NCBI GenBank assembly: GCA_946497955.1
Contig: CAMMMH010000002.1
Span: 22,496-86,495 of the forward strand
From: an uncultured Mycoplasmatota bacterium
GTDB taxonomy: Bacteria > Bacillota_I > Bacilli_A > RF39 > UBA660
DNA length: 64,000 nucleotides
Direction: 5' to 3'
The position numbers and the translations under genes were made by a program. Position 1 is the stretch's first letter; each line of letters opens with the position of its first letter. Below the pieces are notes generated by a model. The model was not told the DNA's origin. It did no database searches and saw only the letters and a list, made by a program, of their open reading frames with translations. Of the stretch, positions 45,577 through 55,906 are shown in pieces.

Positions 45577-45894
45577 TTATTTAATATTCGATTTATAACC
45601 AATACCTAATTTATTTATAATAGGTCTTAAAAGCCAACTCCAAAATACAGGAGCAAAAATAGAAGAATTTACTAAAACAATATAGTTATTATATCCTAAA
45701 ATACTATATACTCCAAACATAATTATAGTCGATACTATTAATATAATACGTTTTTGTAAAACAGTAACTATTTTTTCTTTATTTAAATAATCTACTAATT
45801 TAATAATAAAATAAGTAATAAGATTTACAGATATAATATAAGAAAAATCAAAATTATTTATTATTTTTTCGGTAATAATATTTATAAAATCCAT
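45577..45894 (-). CDS. small three-TM membrane protein (105 aa)
   Basis: Three hydrophobic segments. First gene after the 253-nt nearly pure AT spacer. Confidence 0.55.
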   Translation of the reverse strand: MDFINIITEKIINNFDFSYIISVNLITYFIIKLVDYLNKEKIVTVLQKRIILIVSTIIMFGVYSILGYNNYIVLVNSSIFAPVFWSWLLRPIINKLGIGYKSNIK

Positions 45895-46147
45895 ATTTAT
45901 TTATTTATTTAAAATTAAACTTACTATTAAAATATTATATTTATTAATATAATAATTAACATTATAATTGATAGTATAATTAATTATATCATATTTTAAA
46001 TGTTAATATAATAATAATAAATATAACTTACAAATTTTTTAGAATAAATTTTATCATACTAATAAATATAATATTTAAAATTAATACTTATATTATATAT
46101 AACATTTAATAAATAATTAATTTATTAATATTAATTATTATTTATAA

Positions 46148-49100
46148 TTATTTTATATAATCATTTTTTAATTTATTATATATATATTTTGCCATTTTCC
46201 AACTACCATTTGTATTTGGGTGTAATCCATCAACTAAATCTCTTCCAGTTTTATTATTACTTGGATCCCACTCTTCTTTCCAATATGTACCTCCGTATTC
46301 AAAATCTCTATTAATGCCACATTCTTCTCCTACATGTATAACAGGCACAGATAAATGCTTAGCTACTTCCGTAATATATCTTTGTTTAATTTCTATTTGA
46401 GTTAAATAATCTTTATTAGGATTATAAGAACCTTGAATAGGAGTAAGAATATAAATTTTTGCATTAGGATATAAACTTTGTAATTTTAAAATACAATATC
46501 TCATTGCTCCAGCAATAGTTCTTCTATGTTCTTTATAAGTATCACTTTCATCAAACGTAGGTTCTGTTACTTGTATTGGAGTTGTTGAATTTTCATTAAA
46601 ATGTGAATCTATTTCAACTCTCATTTCATAATCAGTTTTATCTGCTGTAATTGGAGTTGTATCATTTGTTCCAGCTGCAATAATAATAACATTTGGAGCT
46701 GTATTATATGTATCTGGATTATTTATAATTTTTTGAACTTGATTTCCTAGTGTATTATTTACGTTATCACCGCCAAAAACTGGATTTCCATCATATATAG
46801 TATTTACATAATCTGCCCAATGCGCACCAGATATAGCTAAATTATAATATTTTGAAGGAGACATTAATTGTCTAAGTTTATCTATATAATATCCTTCCGT
46901 AGTTATACTATCTCCTAAACTCATAAAGACACAATTATGAATATCTGGATACTCATTTATTATTTCATTAACTACAGGTTTTATAGTTTCTTTATTAATT
47001 GGAGTTATATAATCATTTACATTTCTAACTACAGCATAATCTGGAAATTTACTTGTTGAAATAACTATATCTGTTATATAAAATTCTAAATCACTTGTAA
47101 GTGTTTTTGATTCTATACCAGAAAAATATACATACAATCCTATAGTATAATTTTTATTTGTTACTCCACTTTTTTTAGCTATAACATGTAAATAATGCCA
47201 ATTATTATCTTTAATTAAAGACATTATACTTATTGGAGAACCATTAATATCTGTATATTCCATAAAACTATTATTACATAGTAAATGAATATTTTGTAAA
47301 TTAGAAGTACATTTGTATCTAAAACTTATAGAAAATTCTGGTATAGTATTTTCTCCTACAAAATTTATATCAGTAAATAATTTTGGGTGAGCAAAAGCCT
47401 CAAAATTTGTTCCTTCAGGAAAATATCCTTTAATACAATATCTAGATGTTTCATAATCTAATACTCGTTCAATAGTACCTCCAAGCGATGGGTATGTCGA
47501 AAATCCAGGAATATTACTTTCAGTATAACCTTTTTCCATATCAGCTCCAACAAATAAATTACTCCATAATATTCCTGTAGATTTTAAAGATTGTAATTCA
47601 TTACATTCATTTTCTAGAATATTTACTTTATTTTGAATATCTGAATAATCGTTTAATTTTTGTTTAATAACATTAGTTACTCTCCAAGTATTAGAACTTT
47701 TATTTAACATAATTTCTATACAATCATCTGGAGATGATGGATTATACCCGAGACCAGCATATATCATTTTTATTTTTATATTATCATTATAATATTGAAA
47801 TAAAATAGGAGATATAGTATCATTATTATTTCCAGAATTAGCACGACATACAATTAATTTACCATTTTCATAAGCATTAGTAAAGTCGTTTACAGAACCT
47901 AATACTTTTTCTATTTCAGCAGAAGTAGAACTTGTCGAAAGAGAAAATATATTTCCAACATAATAAATAGGATTATCAGCAATATTTTCTAATTCTTCCC
48001 AAGTTATAGTACTTTCTCCTATACCATCTCTTTTAACAATATTACTTTTACTAATAGTACCAGTTAATGATAACGGAGTATATGTAAATATTTGTGTTAT
48101 TTGTCTATTAGTTGAAGGTAAACTTGACGCTGCGTTTGCTGCATAATTATTAACAACAGTCAATGTAAAAGTTGCTCCTTGAGGTAAAAAACCATCAGTA
48201 TCCATATAAACGCCAGCATATTGACCATTATCGATAGCAGCATCTATATTTGCTCTTGTAGCTATACCACTAGATTTTTCACCAAACATTTGTATAGTAT
48301 TAACTTCTTTCCAAGGAGTCCAATTTTGAACCCTTTCTGTTACGATACAGCTTCTTATAAATTGTTTCGTTTCTCCTTCAATTCTATTGGATAAAATTAA
48401 TGTTTGACCTATAACCCAATCCTGAGAAGATGTTACAGAAGACACTGTTACTATAAGAAAACCTCCAACATTACCATTTGCATACGCTTTTATTGGTAAA
48501 TTATCGCCAGAATTAGAATGTATACCATCTAAAAAATATATACCTGAACTGGTATAATTATTCATATTAGAAGAATTATCCCATTTTATAGTATTTTTAA
48601 ATATTATATTACTTTCTTTTTTTGAATTAGTAATACTAGATATTTCATTATATAAACCATAATTATCTTTTGACGCAGAAATTATTATTACATCGGATAA
48701 TATACTATTATTATAAATTACATTTTCATAACTTATAGTAAGAATTCCTCCGCCTATTCCTCCAGAAATAAAATATTTTAATCTATTTCCTTCAACATCT
48801 TCAAAATATTTAACTATAGTTTCTGGAGATAAAGAAAATAAACCGTTAACATCAGTTACTCCAAATAAATCAAACATTTCTTGTTTATCATGTTCTAATT
48901 CATTTGTTATTTGAATTTCTCCTATTAATTTATTAATTTTAGTAGTAGCTGTAAAATTAAATTTTTCATCTATTCCAGCTATTTTTAAACCATCTTTAGT
49001 AACAGAAATATATTTTTCACTAGATGGATCAATTTTTATAGATATTGTATTATTTGAAATATCAATACCTTGACCAGAAGTATAAATACCAATAAGTGTA

Positions 49101-49774
49101 GTAATATCTAAATATATAGGTTCTTTTCCAGCATCTGTATTAAATGTTATAACTAAATATGTTCCTACAGGTCTGCCATCAGGATTTTCAATTAGTTCTA
49201 CTGTATTTATCATTCCGTCTTTAATAAAATCAGTAGCATCTATTTGAGTAATAATATCATTATTTTCTTTTTTTATAGATATAATCTTATTTTCACGATT
49301 ATAATTTAAATTTAAATCAGAAATTCTAATTATTTCATCATCTATAATTGATTCAATATTTGTCCATTCTATACCATCACTATTAATAATTAGAGTTCTA
49401 TGTTTAATTTGAGAAGTATTATAAGTATCATAGTAAAAAACAGTAAAAGATACTTTAGCAGACTCTTGTTTAACGATAACTGGTGTTATTCCAACACCCA
49501 TTATAGTAATAAATACTTTTTTATCTGTTATAGCTTGAATAACATCTTTAAATGAACCTATAATTTCTTTAATACGTTGCGCTGATTCATTACTTAATAA
49601 TCCAATATCATTTAAAACAAATAAATTATTTTTTCCATAAGATTCTCCATTTAATAAAAGTTCTTTAGTATCTGTAGAAAAAAATAATTTATCTCTATGT
49701 ATATTATCAGGATCATAATTTGATTTAACATCTCTAAATAATAATCCTGTAAATTCTTCTAAATTAAGTTTCAT
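46148..49774 (-). CDS. tail fibre/receptor-binding protein (1208 aa) with C-terminal SGNH/GDSL hydrolase (esterase) domain
   Basis: All four SGNH blocks are present in order: FMSLGDSIT (GDS at nt 46907-46915, aa 954-956), NLAISGAHW, IIAAGTNDT, DGLHPN. Confidence 0.8.
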   Translation of the reverse strand: MKLNLEEFTGLLFRDVKSNYDPDNIHRDKLFFSTDTKELLLNGESYGKNNLFVLNDIGLLSNESAQRIKEIIGSFKDVIQAITDKKVFITIMGVGITPVIVKQESAKVSFTVFYYDTYNTSQIKHRTLIINSDGIEWTNIESIIDDEIIRISDLNLNYNRENKIISIKKENNDIITQIDATDFIKDGMINTVELIENPDGRPVGTYLVITFNTDAGKEPIYLDITTLIGIYTSGQGIDISNNTISIKIDPSSEKYISVTKDGLKIAGIDEKFNFTATTKINKLIGEIQITNELEHDKQEMFDLFGVTDVNGLFSLSPETIVKYFEDVEGNRLKYFISGGIGGGILTISYENVIYNNSILSDVIIISASKDNYGLYNEISSITNSKKESNIIFKNTIKWDNSSNMNNYTSSGIYFLDGIHSNSGDNLPIKAYANGNVGGFLIVTVSSVTSSQDWVIGQTLILSNRIEGETKQFIRSCIVTERVQNWTPWKEVNTIQMFGEKSSGIATRANIDAAIDNGQYAGVYMDTDGFLPQGATFTLTVVNNYAANAASSLPSTNRQITQIFTYTPLSLTGTISKSNIVKRDGIGESTITWEELENIADNPIYYVGNIFSLSTSSTSAEIEKVLGSVNDFTNAYENGKLIVCRANSGNNNDTISPILFQYYNDNIKIKMIYAGLGYNPSSPDDCIEIMLNKSSNTWRVTNVIKQKLNDYSDIQNKVNILENECNELQSLKSTGILWSNLFVGADMEKGYTESNIPGFSTYPSLGGTIERVLDYETSRYCIKGYFPEGTNFEAFAHPKLFTDINFVGENTIPEFSISFRYKCTSNLQNIHLLCNNSFMEYTDINGSPISIMSLIKDNNWHYLHVIAKKSGVTNKNYTIGLYVYFSGIESKTLTSDLEFYITDIVISTSKFPDYAVVRNVNDYITPINKETIKPVVNEIINEYPDIHNCVFMSLGDSITTEGYYIDKLRQLMSPSKYYNLAISGAHWADYVNTIYDGNPVFGGDNVNNTLGNQVQKIINNPDTYNTAPNVIIIAAGTNDTTPITADKTDYEMRVEIDSHFNENSTTPIQVTEPTFDESDTYKEHRRTIAGAMRYCILKLQSLYPNAKIYILTPIQGSYNPNKDYLTQIEIKQRYITEVAKHLSVPVIHVGEECGINRDFEYGGTYWKEEWDPSNNKTGRDLVDGLHPNTNGSWKMAKYIYNKLKNDYIK

Positions 49775-49792
49775 AATATTTATATTATTTTT

Positions 49793-50821
49793 TTAATGCC
49801 AATTTATAATTTTATTTATTAACGAACTAACTTTTTTATTTTGAACTGCATTAATAGATTCAGTATCTAAAGATTCATCTACATTAATTAAAGTTTCTGT
49901 TGTTATACTAATTATTCTATCCCAACTATTTGTATTAATATCTATTCGTATGAAATAATTATGTTTAGTTATATTATTAGTATTAAATACTAAATAACTA
50001 ATTTGACATATAGAACTATCTATCCCAACTATTGAACAATCTAAAAGTTTATTATCGCCTATGATTAACTTATTAATATTATTTTTAAATGTACTAAAAT
50101 TTCCTAATTGAGTAGTAATATTTTCAGATGTAGATTCTTCATTTAATTTATATAAATTTCCTGGTATTCTATATATATCGTTTGAATTAACTTCAATACT
50201 AAATATATTCCAATAATCCGTATTATTAATGTCTATATTTTTAGGTACTTTATTTTTTGAGATATATGTTTTATTATTATAATATACTAACGATAAAATA
50301 TCATATTCTTTAGAAGAATCCCAATTACCTTCGCTAGTTAAACTTACTTTTCCAATAATTCTTTCAGATGAAGTTATCATATTATTTATAATTAAATCTC
50401 CGTTATTTAATGTAAATGTATTTGTATCAGAGTCTTCTTTTAAATGTAAATATCCATCATTTTCTACTTCTATTATAGGTATATCATTATCACAACTCAG
50501 TTTTGCTTTTAAATAACCTCCATCAATATATACATAAGTTTCTTGTTGACAACAATCTGTTCCTTTATAAATAGTATTTATTTGGGATTTTATAAATTTT
50601 ATTAATAAATCAGCTTCTTTATCTTTACCTAATTTTTTACAAGCAATAGCAGATTGTAATGTATTCCAACAATCAATTATTATTTTATTATTACCTTTAC
50701 AAACATAATTACAATCTTTAATAATAGATTTTCCTACATTAGACATTAAAATAAGTAATTTATGATATATACATACATATTCTTTAGGTATAGTTAAATA
50801 TACATATTCTATCTCACTCAT
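49793..50821 (-). CDS. tail fibre-like protein (342 aa)
   Basis: It lies upstream of the fibre gene. GNWDSSKEYDILSLVYYNNKTYISKNKVPKNIDINNTDYWNI resembles the W..Y..GD.V.Y.G..Y carbohydrate-binding repeat common in fibre tips. This is a weak call. Confidence 0.5.
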   Translation of the reverse strand: MSEIEYVYLTIPKEYVCIYHKLLILMSNVGKSIIKDCNYVCKGNNKIIIDCWNTLQSAIACKKLGKDKEADLLIKFIKSQINTIYKGTDCCQQETYVYIDGGYLKAKLSCDNDIPIIEVENDGYLHLKEDSDTNTFTLNNGDLIINNMITSSERIIGKVSLTSEGNWDSSKEYDILSLVYYNNKTYISKNKVPKNIDINNTDYWNIFSIEVNSNDIYRIPGNLYKLNEESTSENITTQLGNFSTFKNNINKLIIGDNKLLDCSIVGIDSSICQISYLVFNTNNITKHNYFIRIDINTNSWDRIISITTETLINVDESLDTESINAVQNKKVSSLINKIINWH

Positions 50822-51028
50822 TTACATATTATTTATATCGTTTATAATTGAATTTATATTATTTAATTGTTCTATAGTAAATAATTTAGAATTATCAAGG
50901 CAATGTATTAGAATAGGAATTATCATATTAATAATATTTTGATTTCTTCCATTAATAAAACCAAAATCCAATAATTTAATTAGATTTACTCTATTATTTA
51001 TATCTCTTATAATTAATTCATTTTCCAT
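50822..51028 (-). CDS. hypothetical protein (68 aa)
   Basis: Its stop abuts the next start, and it overlaps the upstream gene by 11 nt. Confidence 0.5.
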   Translation of the reverse strand: MENELIIRDINNRVNLIKLLDFGFINGRNQNIINMIIPILIHCLDNSKLFTIEQLNNINSIINDINNM

Positions 51029-51578
51029 TTGTATGACATTTTTTCATTATATAAGAAATATATCCTCCAATTCTTATATTTACTTTATTATTAATATTAT
51101 AAAGTTTTTCTTCTTTAGAAAACTTAGAATTATAAATAATACCAATTATATCATTTTTTATATCTTCTTTCCATTTTGGATTTAAATAATTAGCTAATTT
51201 ATATAAAAATAAATTATTATATAATTCTTCATAATAAGAATCAACTATATTATTAATATTATCTATAATATTTGTTTTATTATATTCTATATGATTAGTA
51301 ATTATTATAGAAGTAGAATATTTAATTAAAGAATTGGCGAAAGATTTAACTGCCGCTTTTATTGCATAATCTCTTTTTTCATCGGCATCATTTAATATAT
51401 CCTTAGTTATATGATCTAAAAAATTATTTAATTTTCTAAAACATTCTATTATTTCAGAACTTATTTTTCCATGCTTTAATTCTTTTCTAGAATCAATAAT
51501 TTTAACTATAATAAGATAAACAGCAACAACTATTCCAGGAAGTATTCCTTCTTTAAGACCTTCGGTTAACTCACTCAT
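51018..51578 (-). CDS. hypothetical protein with N-terminal TM helix (186 aa)
   Basis: ILPGIVVAVYLIIVKII helix; first gene after a hairpin. Confidence 0.55.
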   Translation of the reverse strand: MSELTEGLKEGILPGIVVAVYLIIVKIIDSRKELKHGKISSEIIECFRKLNNFLDHITKDILNDADEKRDYAIKAAVKSFANSLIKYSTSIIITNHIEYNKTNIIDNINNIVDSYYEELYNNLFLYKLANYLNPKWKEDIKNDIIGIIYNSKFSKEEKLYNINNKVNIRIGGYISYIMKKCHTNGK

Positions 51579-51588
51579 ATTAAACTAA

Positions 51589-51624
51589 ATAGAACTATCA
51601 CTAATAATATAATGATAGTTCTAT
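51589..51624 (-). terminator. hairpin after gene 51640-52533 (probable terminator)
   Basis: ATAGAACTATCA (51589-51600) pairs with TGATAGTTCTAT (51613-51624). The U-tract is weak. Confidence 0.45.
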
Positions 51625-51639
51625 ATTTAAATTAAAAAA

Positions 51640-52533
51640 TTATTTATTCATAATTGTTTTACAAATAGTTTCAAATGTGGTAATAGCACTAGCTCCTGTT
51701 GGGAAAGCAACTTGTACAATTTGGTTAATTACTTCATCTTTTGTTTTTACTTCTCTAGGTTCAGCAAATTTCATTGTAAAAATAGTATATCCTGTATCTG
51801 CTGAATTAGGTTGAGCTAAAGGATCCAAAGGATATTTAGGATATAAAAGATTTACATCATCTTGATATGTATATTCAATACCTGCGTCAGCTGCAGCTTT
51901 ATTAGCCAAATCTGCTACGTATTTTGCATCTCCATAAGCAGGAACTCCAGAAGTTGTTTTAGTTACTGCTACTCCAGACAACATATCTGCAGGAATAATT
52001 TCATAATCTATTCCAGTAGCATTAGCTGAAATGGTAATTTTTGCACTAGAAACTGAGGCTGTTACTCCAGAAGATTCAGAATTATTATTAATAACATCTT
52101 TTAACTTAGTAGCTAAATCTGTTGCTGCAATTGAAGTATCTTTTACATAAACAGATGCAGTCCATTTATTACGTTCATTAAATTTAACCCCCTTTAAAGC
52201 AACAATGATTGAATATTCTCCAATAGCTACTGGAGCAGGAATAGTAATATCTGCTGAAAATTTCTTAGCTGCTTGATATACTCCTTTAGTATAAGAAAAT
52301 TTATTAATGTGCATAGGAATAACTACAGGACCACCATTTTCATCTTTACGCTTAAGTACAAGCATAAAATGTTTAAAATTTTCACTTCCTGTACTAATCG
52401 CGGTAAGTATATTTTTAGCAGGAGTAGCATCGTCTGTTTTATTATAAAAAAATCCAACAGCTCCTTCAGACATTCCAGAAATAGTAGCTTGAGTATTATA
52501 AGCTATATTTCCACCTAAAATAAATTGTCTCAT
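51640..52533 (-). CDS. abundant-type virion structural protein (297 aa), higher-GC gene
   Basis: Ala/Gly/Thr/Val-rich, beta-rich sequence with visibly raised G+C, like the capsid gene. A 12-bp hairpin follows. Confidence 0.65.
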   Translation of the reverse strand: MRQFILGGNIAYNTQATISGMSEGAVGFFYNKTDDATPAKNILTAISTGSENFKHFMLVLKRKDENGGPVVIPMHINKFSYTKGVYQAAKKFSADITIPAPVAIGEYSIIVALKGVKFNERNKWTASVYVKDTSIAATDLATKLKDVINNNSESSGVTASVSSAKITISANATGIDYEIIPADMLSGVAVTKTTSGVPAYGDAKYVADLANKAAADAGIEYTYQDDVNLLYPKYPLDPLAQPNSADTGYTIFTMKFAEPREVKTKDEVINQIVQVAFPTGASAITTFETICKTIMNK

Positions 52534-52568
52534 ATTGTTATATTATTTTTAATGTTAAATTATTATGT

Positions 52569-53240
52569 TTAAGTCTTATTTTCAATATTTTGACCTATAG
52601 AAATATTATATTTTTTAACTGCTAATTCTACTATTTCATTATGCAAATATTCAGGTAAATCACAATCAATATTATTACTTCCTGAAACATCATATTTTAC
52701 AATAGCAGGATTTTTAATATAATTTATTTTAATATTAGTTATTTTTTCAGTATTTTTTCCAGTAAATATATTAGCAGTAAATTTTTCGTTTTGATTAGAT
52801 AATGTAATGATTGGTTCATTTTTAGTAGCTGTAGTACAATAATCAATTAATGTTTCAGCTAATTTATCTGGTTCTATAAATCTACAATGCACATATTTAT
52901 CGGAATTTTCATATTTAATATAAAAATTTGTATATATCATTACATTATCCAGATTAATATCCAATTGAAAAGGATCAGTAACATTTTCAAAACTAGCATC
53001 TATTTCTTCAGTATTATATAAAGTTCTTAAAGAATTTATTGGACTAATTGGAGTACTTTGAGGAAGTACTCCAATTTTAATAGAATTTCCAACAGTATTA
53101 TAAAGTATGCTTCTACATTTTTCTATAATTGCTGCGTTTAAATATGTATCAATAGAGTGTGGAAGAATACCTCTAACAAGTTGTAATCCCATTGCTTGTC
53201 CAAAAGTTCTAAAAGTATTGTGCATTTCAATTATATCCAT
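52569..53240 (-). CDS. head-associated structural protein (223 aa)
   Basis: The call rests on its position two genes after the capsid gene and on compact packing. Confidence 0.55.
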   Translation of the reverse strand: MDIIEMHNTFRTFGQAMGLQLVRGILPHSIDTYLNAAIIEKCRSILYNTVGNSIKIGVLPQSTPISPINSLRTLYNTEEIDASFENVTDPFQLDINLDNVMIYTNFYIKYENSDKYVHCRFIEPDKLAETLIDYCTTATKNEPIITLSNQNEKFTANIFTGKNTEKITNIKINYIKNPAIVKYDVSGSNNIDCDLPEYLHNEIVELAVKKYNISIGQNIENKT

Positions 53241-53241
53241 A

Positions 53242-54390
53242 TCAAATATTTTTTAATTTATTTTGATAAGCTACAACGATAGAATTATTCTCCGGATTTT
53301 TAAACCAAGCAATAGCTTCGTTCATATTTGCTCCAATAAATTCTCCTTCATTGGTAGTAATGTTTTGATTATATTGTGAACGAACTAATTCACCTCTAGC
53401 AATTAACATTTCTATAGTTGCAATTAATTTATTATCCTTATTATAGAAAATTTTATTAAACTTAGTTGGTTCTTCTGTACTAAATTTATCAAGTTTAATT
53501 TCTCGATCAATTCTAGATTCTGCTAAAGAAGAAATAACAGGAAGATTATAATTAACACAATATTGAATATAAACTGCATCAAATAAAGAATCATCAGCCA
53601 AACAAGAAACATAATTAGCTTTAGCTTTATTAATTTCATGTCTTTGTTTTCTAAGTCTTTCAGCTTCTTTTTGATCATCTTTAAAATAAAAACGAATAGA
53701 AGAATCAGCATTAATTAATGCCATATCTTTTGCTACATCACTATATAATAAACAATGTCTATACATAAGATATTCTTCTACATTTAAAGGATAACCTAAA
53801 GTACATTTAGTAGTTTCCAAAGCATTTAAAGCATTAATTTTTTGTTTTAAAGCCTTTTTAATATTAGAAGTTCCTTGTCTATTAGAAGAAAGATATTCTT
53901 GTTCAATTTTTTCTTCTTCTTTCTTAATTTTATAATAATCTTTTTTATGATAATAATGAAAACTAGTATCAAATTGTTTTCCCAATTCATCTACAGGGAT
54001 TTTAATATTATTCAAATATTGTTTAACTCTTTGAATAAAAGAAGGGTCTGAAGGCGACAAACCAACAATATTTGGAAAATAAGTTTCAACTTCTAATTTA
54101 TTTGAAGAAAGAATTTTAGAAGAATTACAACAAGAACCTATATAATCTCTTCTTTTAGGAAGAACTTTATCATTTGCTTTTCTATATAAAGAAGTACTTT
54201 TTACTAAAGCAATAGTTACACTACGTTTATCTGTATATTCGTCATTTGAATTATAATCTTCGTTAAAATTATCTTCTACGGTAGATTCTTTTACAGAAGA
54301 ATTATTATTTGTTTGATTATTCTGTTTAGATACTTCAGAATTTGGTTTATTAAATCCAAATTTAATTTCTTTGTCAGAATTATTTTCCAT
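53242..54390 (-). CDS. head-associated structural protein (382 aa) with N/S-rich disordered N-terminus
   Basis: Immediately downstream of the major capsid gene. Confidence 0.6.
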   Translation of the reverse strand: MENNSDKEIKFGFNKPNSEVSKQNNQTNNNSSVKESTVEDNFNEDYNSNDEYTDKRSVTIALVKSTSLYRKANDKVLPKRRDYIGSCCNSSKILSSNKLEVETYFPNIVGLSPSDPSFIQRVKQYLNNIKIPVDELGKQFDTSFHYYHKKDYYKIKKEEEKIEQEYLSSNRQGTSNIKKALKQKINALNALETTKCTLGYPLNVEEYLMYRHCLLYSDVAKDMALINADSSIRFYFKDDQKEAERLRKQRHEINKAKANYVSCLADDSLFDAVYIQYCVNYNLPVISSLAESRIDREIKLDKFSTEEPTKFNKIFYNKDNKLIATIEMLIARGELVRSQYNQNITTNEGEFIGANMNEAIAWFKNPENNSIVVAYQNKLKNI

Positions 54391-54409
54391 AACTTAATTA
54401 TTTATAAAA

Positions 54410-55885
54410 TTACAATTTACATTTCAATAAGAACATTTTGGTAGAATTGTTTACTTGCAGACCAATAGAAGATTTAACTTCATATCTAGCCATATCTACT
54501 TCAGTAGCTGCATGATTGGTATTAGGCAATCCCCAACAAGCAGGAATATCTGTCATACCTTCAATAACTTTAGCTTTATAAATTTGTCCTTTTTGACGAA
54601 CAATACGAACATTTCTTTGACCTTCATAAGAGCTAAAATCAATAAATGCAGCCTGGTGAGAAGTAATAGGAAGACCACTTCTGGGGTGGATTTCTCCATT
54701 TTGTTTAGCAGCTTCAGCAATAGTTCCTTTATCAAAGAATGAACAATGCTTAACTGTAACAGTATGACCATCAACTGTTTTATATTTTCTAAAATAAGCA
54801 CCGTATTCAAGATTATCTCCCATACCTTGAATTTCTTTATCACCAAGAGGAGTAAGGAAACCATTTTCTTTAGCATCAGTTTTCATAGCCTCATCAAAAT
54901 CTTCCATGAAACCTTTACCTGCCATAAGAACAATATTCATAATACCACTATCTGTATCTCTATCGATAACATCTCCAACAGTACGTTTAATTTTATTCAA
55001 AGTAAGATATTCACCATAGGTATCATAATTAGATTCACGACAAATTTCAAGCATACCAGAAGTATGAGGAATAGGTTTTCCATTATCCCTATCTTTCAAA
55101 CTAATTTCGCCATTAATATTGCGATTGTATTCAGCAAGCCAAAGACGTTCTTCGTTCATTACACGCATATTAATATTGAATTGTCGCATCTCTTCATTAA
55201 TCCAAAGTTTATTAGAACCGCCGCTTTTATCTTTAAATTCATATTCAGTAATAACATTGGCCAAGTTACCAGCAATTTCTTTAGAATATCTATGGAACTC
55301 AAGTTGAGAAGTCATTTTACCGGGCCCCATAGAATTACTTCTATTACCTTTAGAATAAGATTCAGAAACAGTAGGAGCACTCATACTCCAATATTTTCCA
55401 ACTTCTAGCAAACTATTATCTACAAATGCACTAGGATTAGGATTTGTAAGTTTTACTAAATAGGCATATCCATAAGGAGATTCTCCAAGATCTTTTTGAA
55501 TACGAAGTTGAGTTTTACCATCAGGACCGATAAGACCATATTGTTCAATAAACCAATGAGTAGAAAAATGTACTTCAAATTCAGCACCACCTTCTCCAGG
55601 TTTAGTATTACTTGTATTAAAATAAGTAACCATATCGGTAAATTTCATACGACCCATAGTTGACCATGTCCATTGTACAGTAGCAATATCAACAGTTCCT
55701 GCTTTACCTTGACCTTCTGTCATGAATGTAAGAGGAAAACGGTCATCGTCCATTCCAAAATTGTACGTAAGAAAATTGTTAATTTCTACAGGTTTTTGCA
55801 ATTGAAGATAAGAAATACTTTCCTCATTAGAATATCCTCTATCTTCATATTTTCCCTGAGAAAGAACTTTCATTTTATAATACAT
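54410..55885 (-). CDS. major capsid protein
   Basis: 491-aa ORF in the terminase-portal-scaffold-capsid order, with raised G+C and codon bias suggesting high expression. The size fits the crAss-like MCP as remembered. Confidence 0.7.
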   Translation of the reverse strand: MYYKMKVLSQGKYEDRGYSNEESISYLQLQKPVEINNFLTYNFGMDDDRFPLTFMTEGQGKAGTVDIATVQWTWSTMGRMKFTDMVTYFNTSNTKPGEGGAEFEVHFSTHWFIEQYGLIGPDGKTQLRIQKDLGESPYGYAYLVKLTNPNPSAFVDNSLLEVGKYWSMSAPTVSESYSKGNRSNSMGPGKMTSQLEFHRYSKEIAGNLANVITEYEFKDKSGGSNKLWINEEMRQFNINMRVMNEERLWLAEYNRNINGEISLKDRDNGKPIPHTSGMLEICRESNYDTYGEYLTLNKIKRTVGDVIDRDTDSGIMNIVLMAGKGFMEDFDEAMKTDAKENGFLTPLGDKEIQGMGDNLEYGAYFRKYKTVDGHTVTVKHCSFFDKGTIAEAAKQNGEIHPRSGLPITSHQAAFIDFSSYEGQRNVRIVRQKGQIYKAKVIEGMTDIPACWGLPNTNHAATEVDMARYEVKSSIGLQVNNSTKMFLLKCKL

Positions 55886-55906
55886 AATTCAATCTGTTTA
55901 AATTAA

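Noticed and set aside
54455-55906. Cluster of + and - strand ORFs (54455-54742, 54553-54876, 54746-55408, 55119-55307, 55673-55906) overlapping the capsid gene
   Set aside because: These are artefacts of raised G+C (fewer stop triplets) in the highly expressed MCP gene. The translations are low-complexity and hydrophobic, and they overlap one another.
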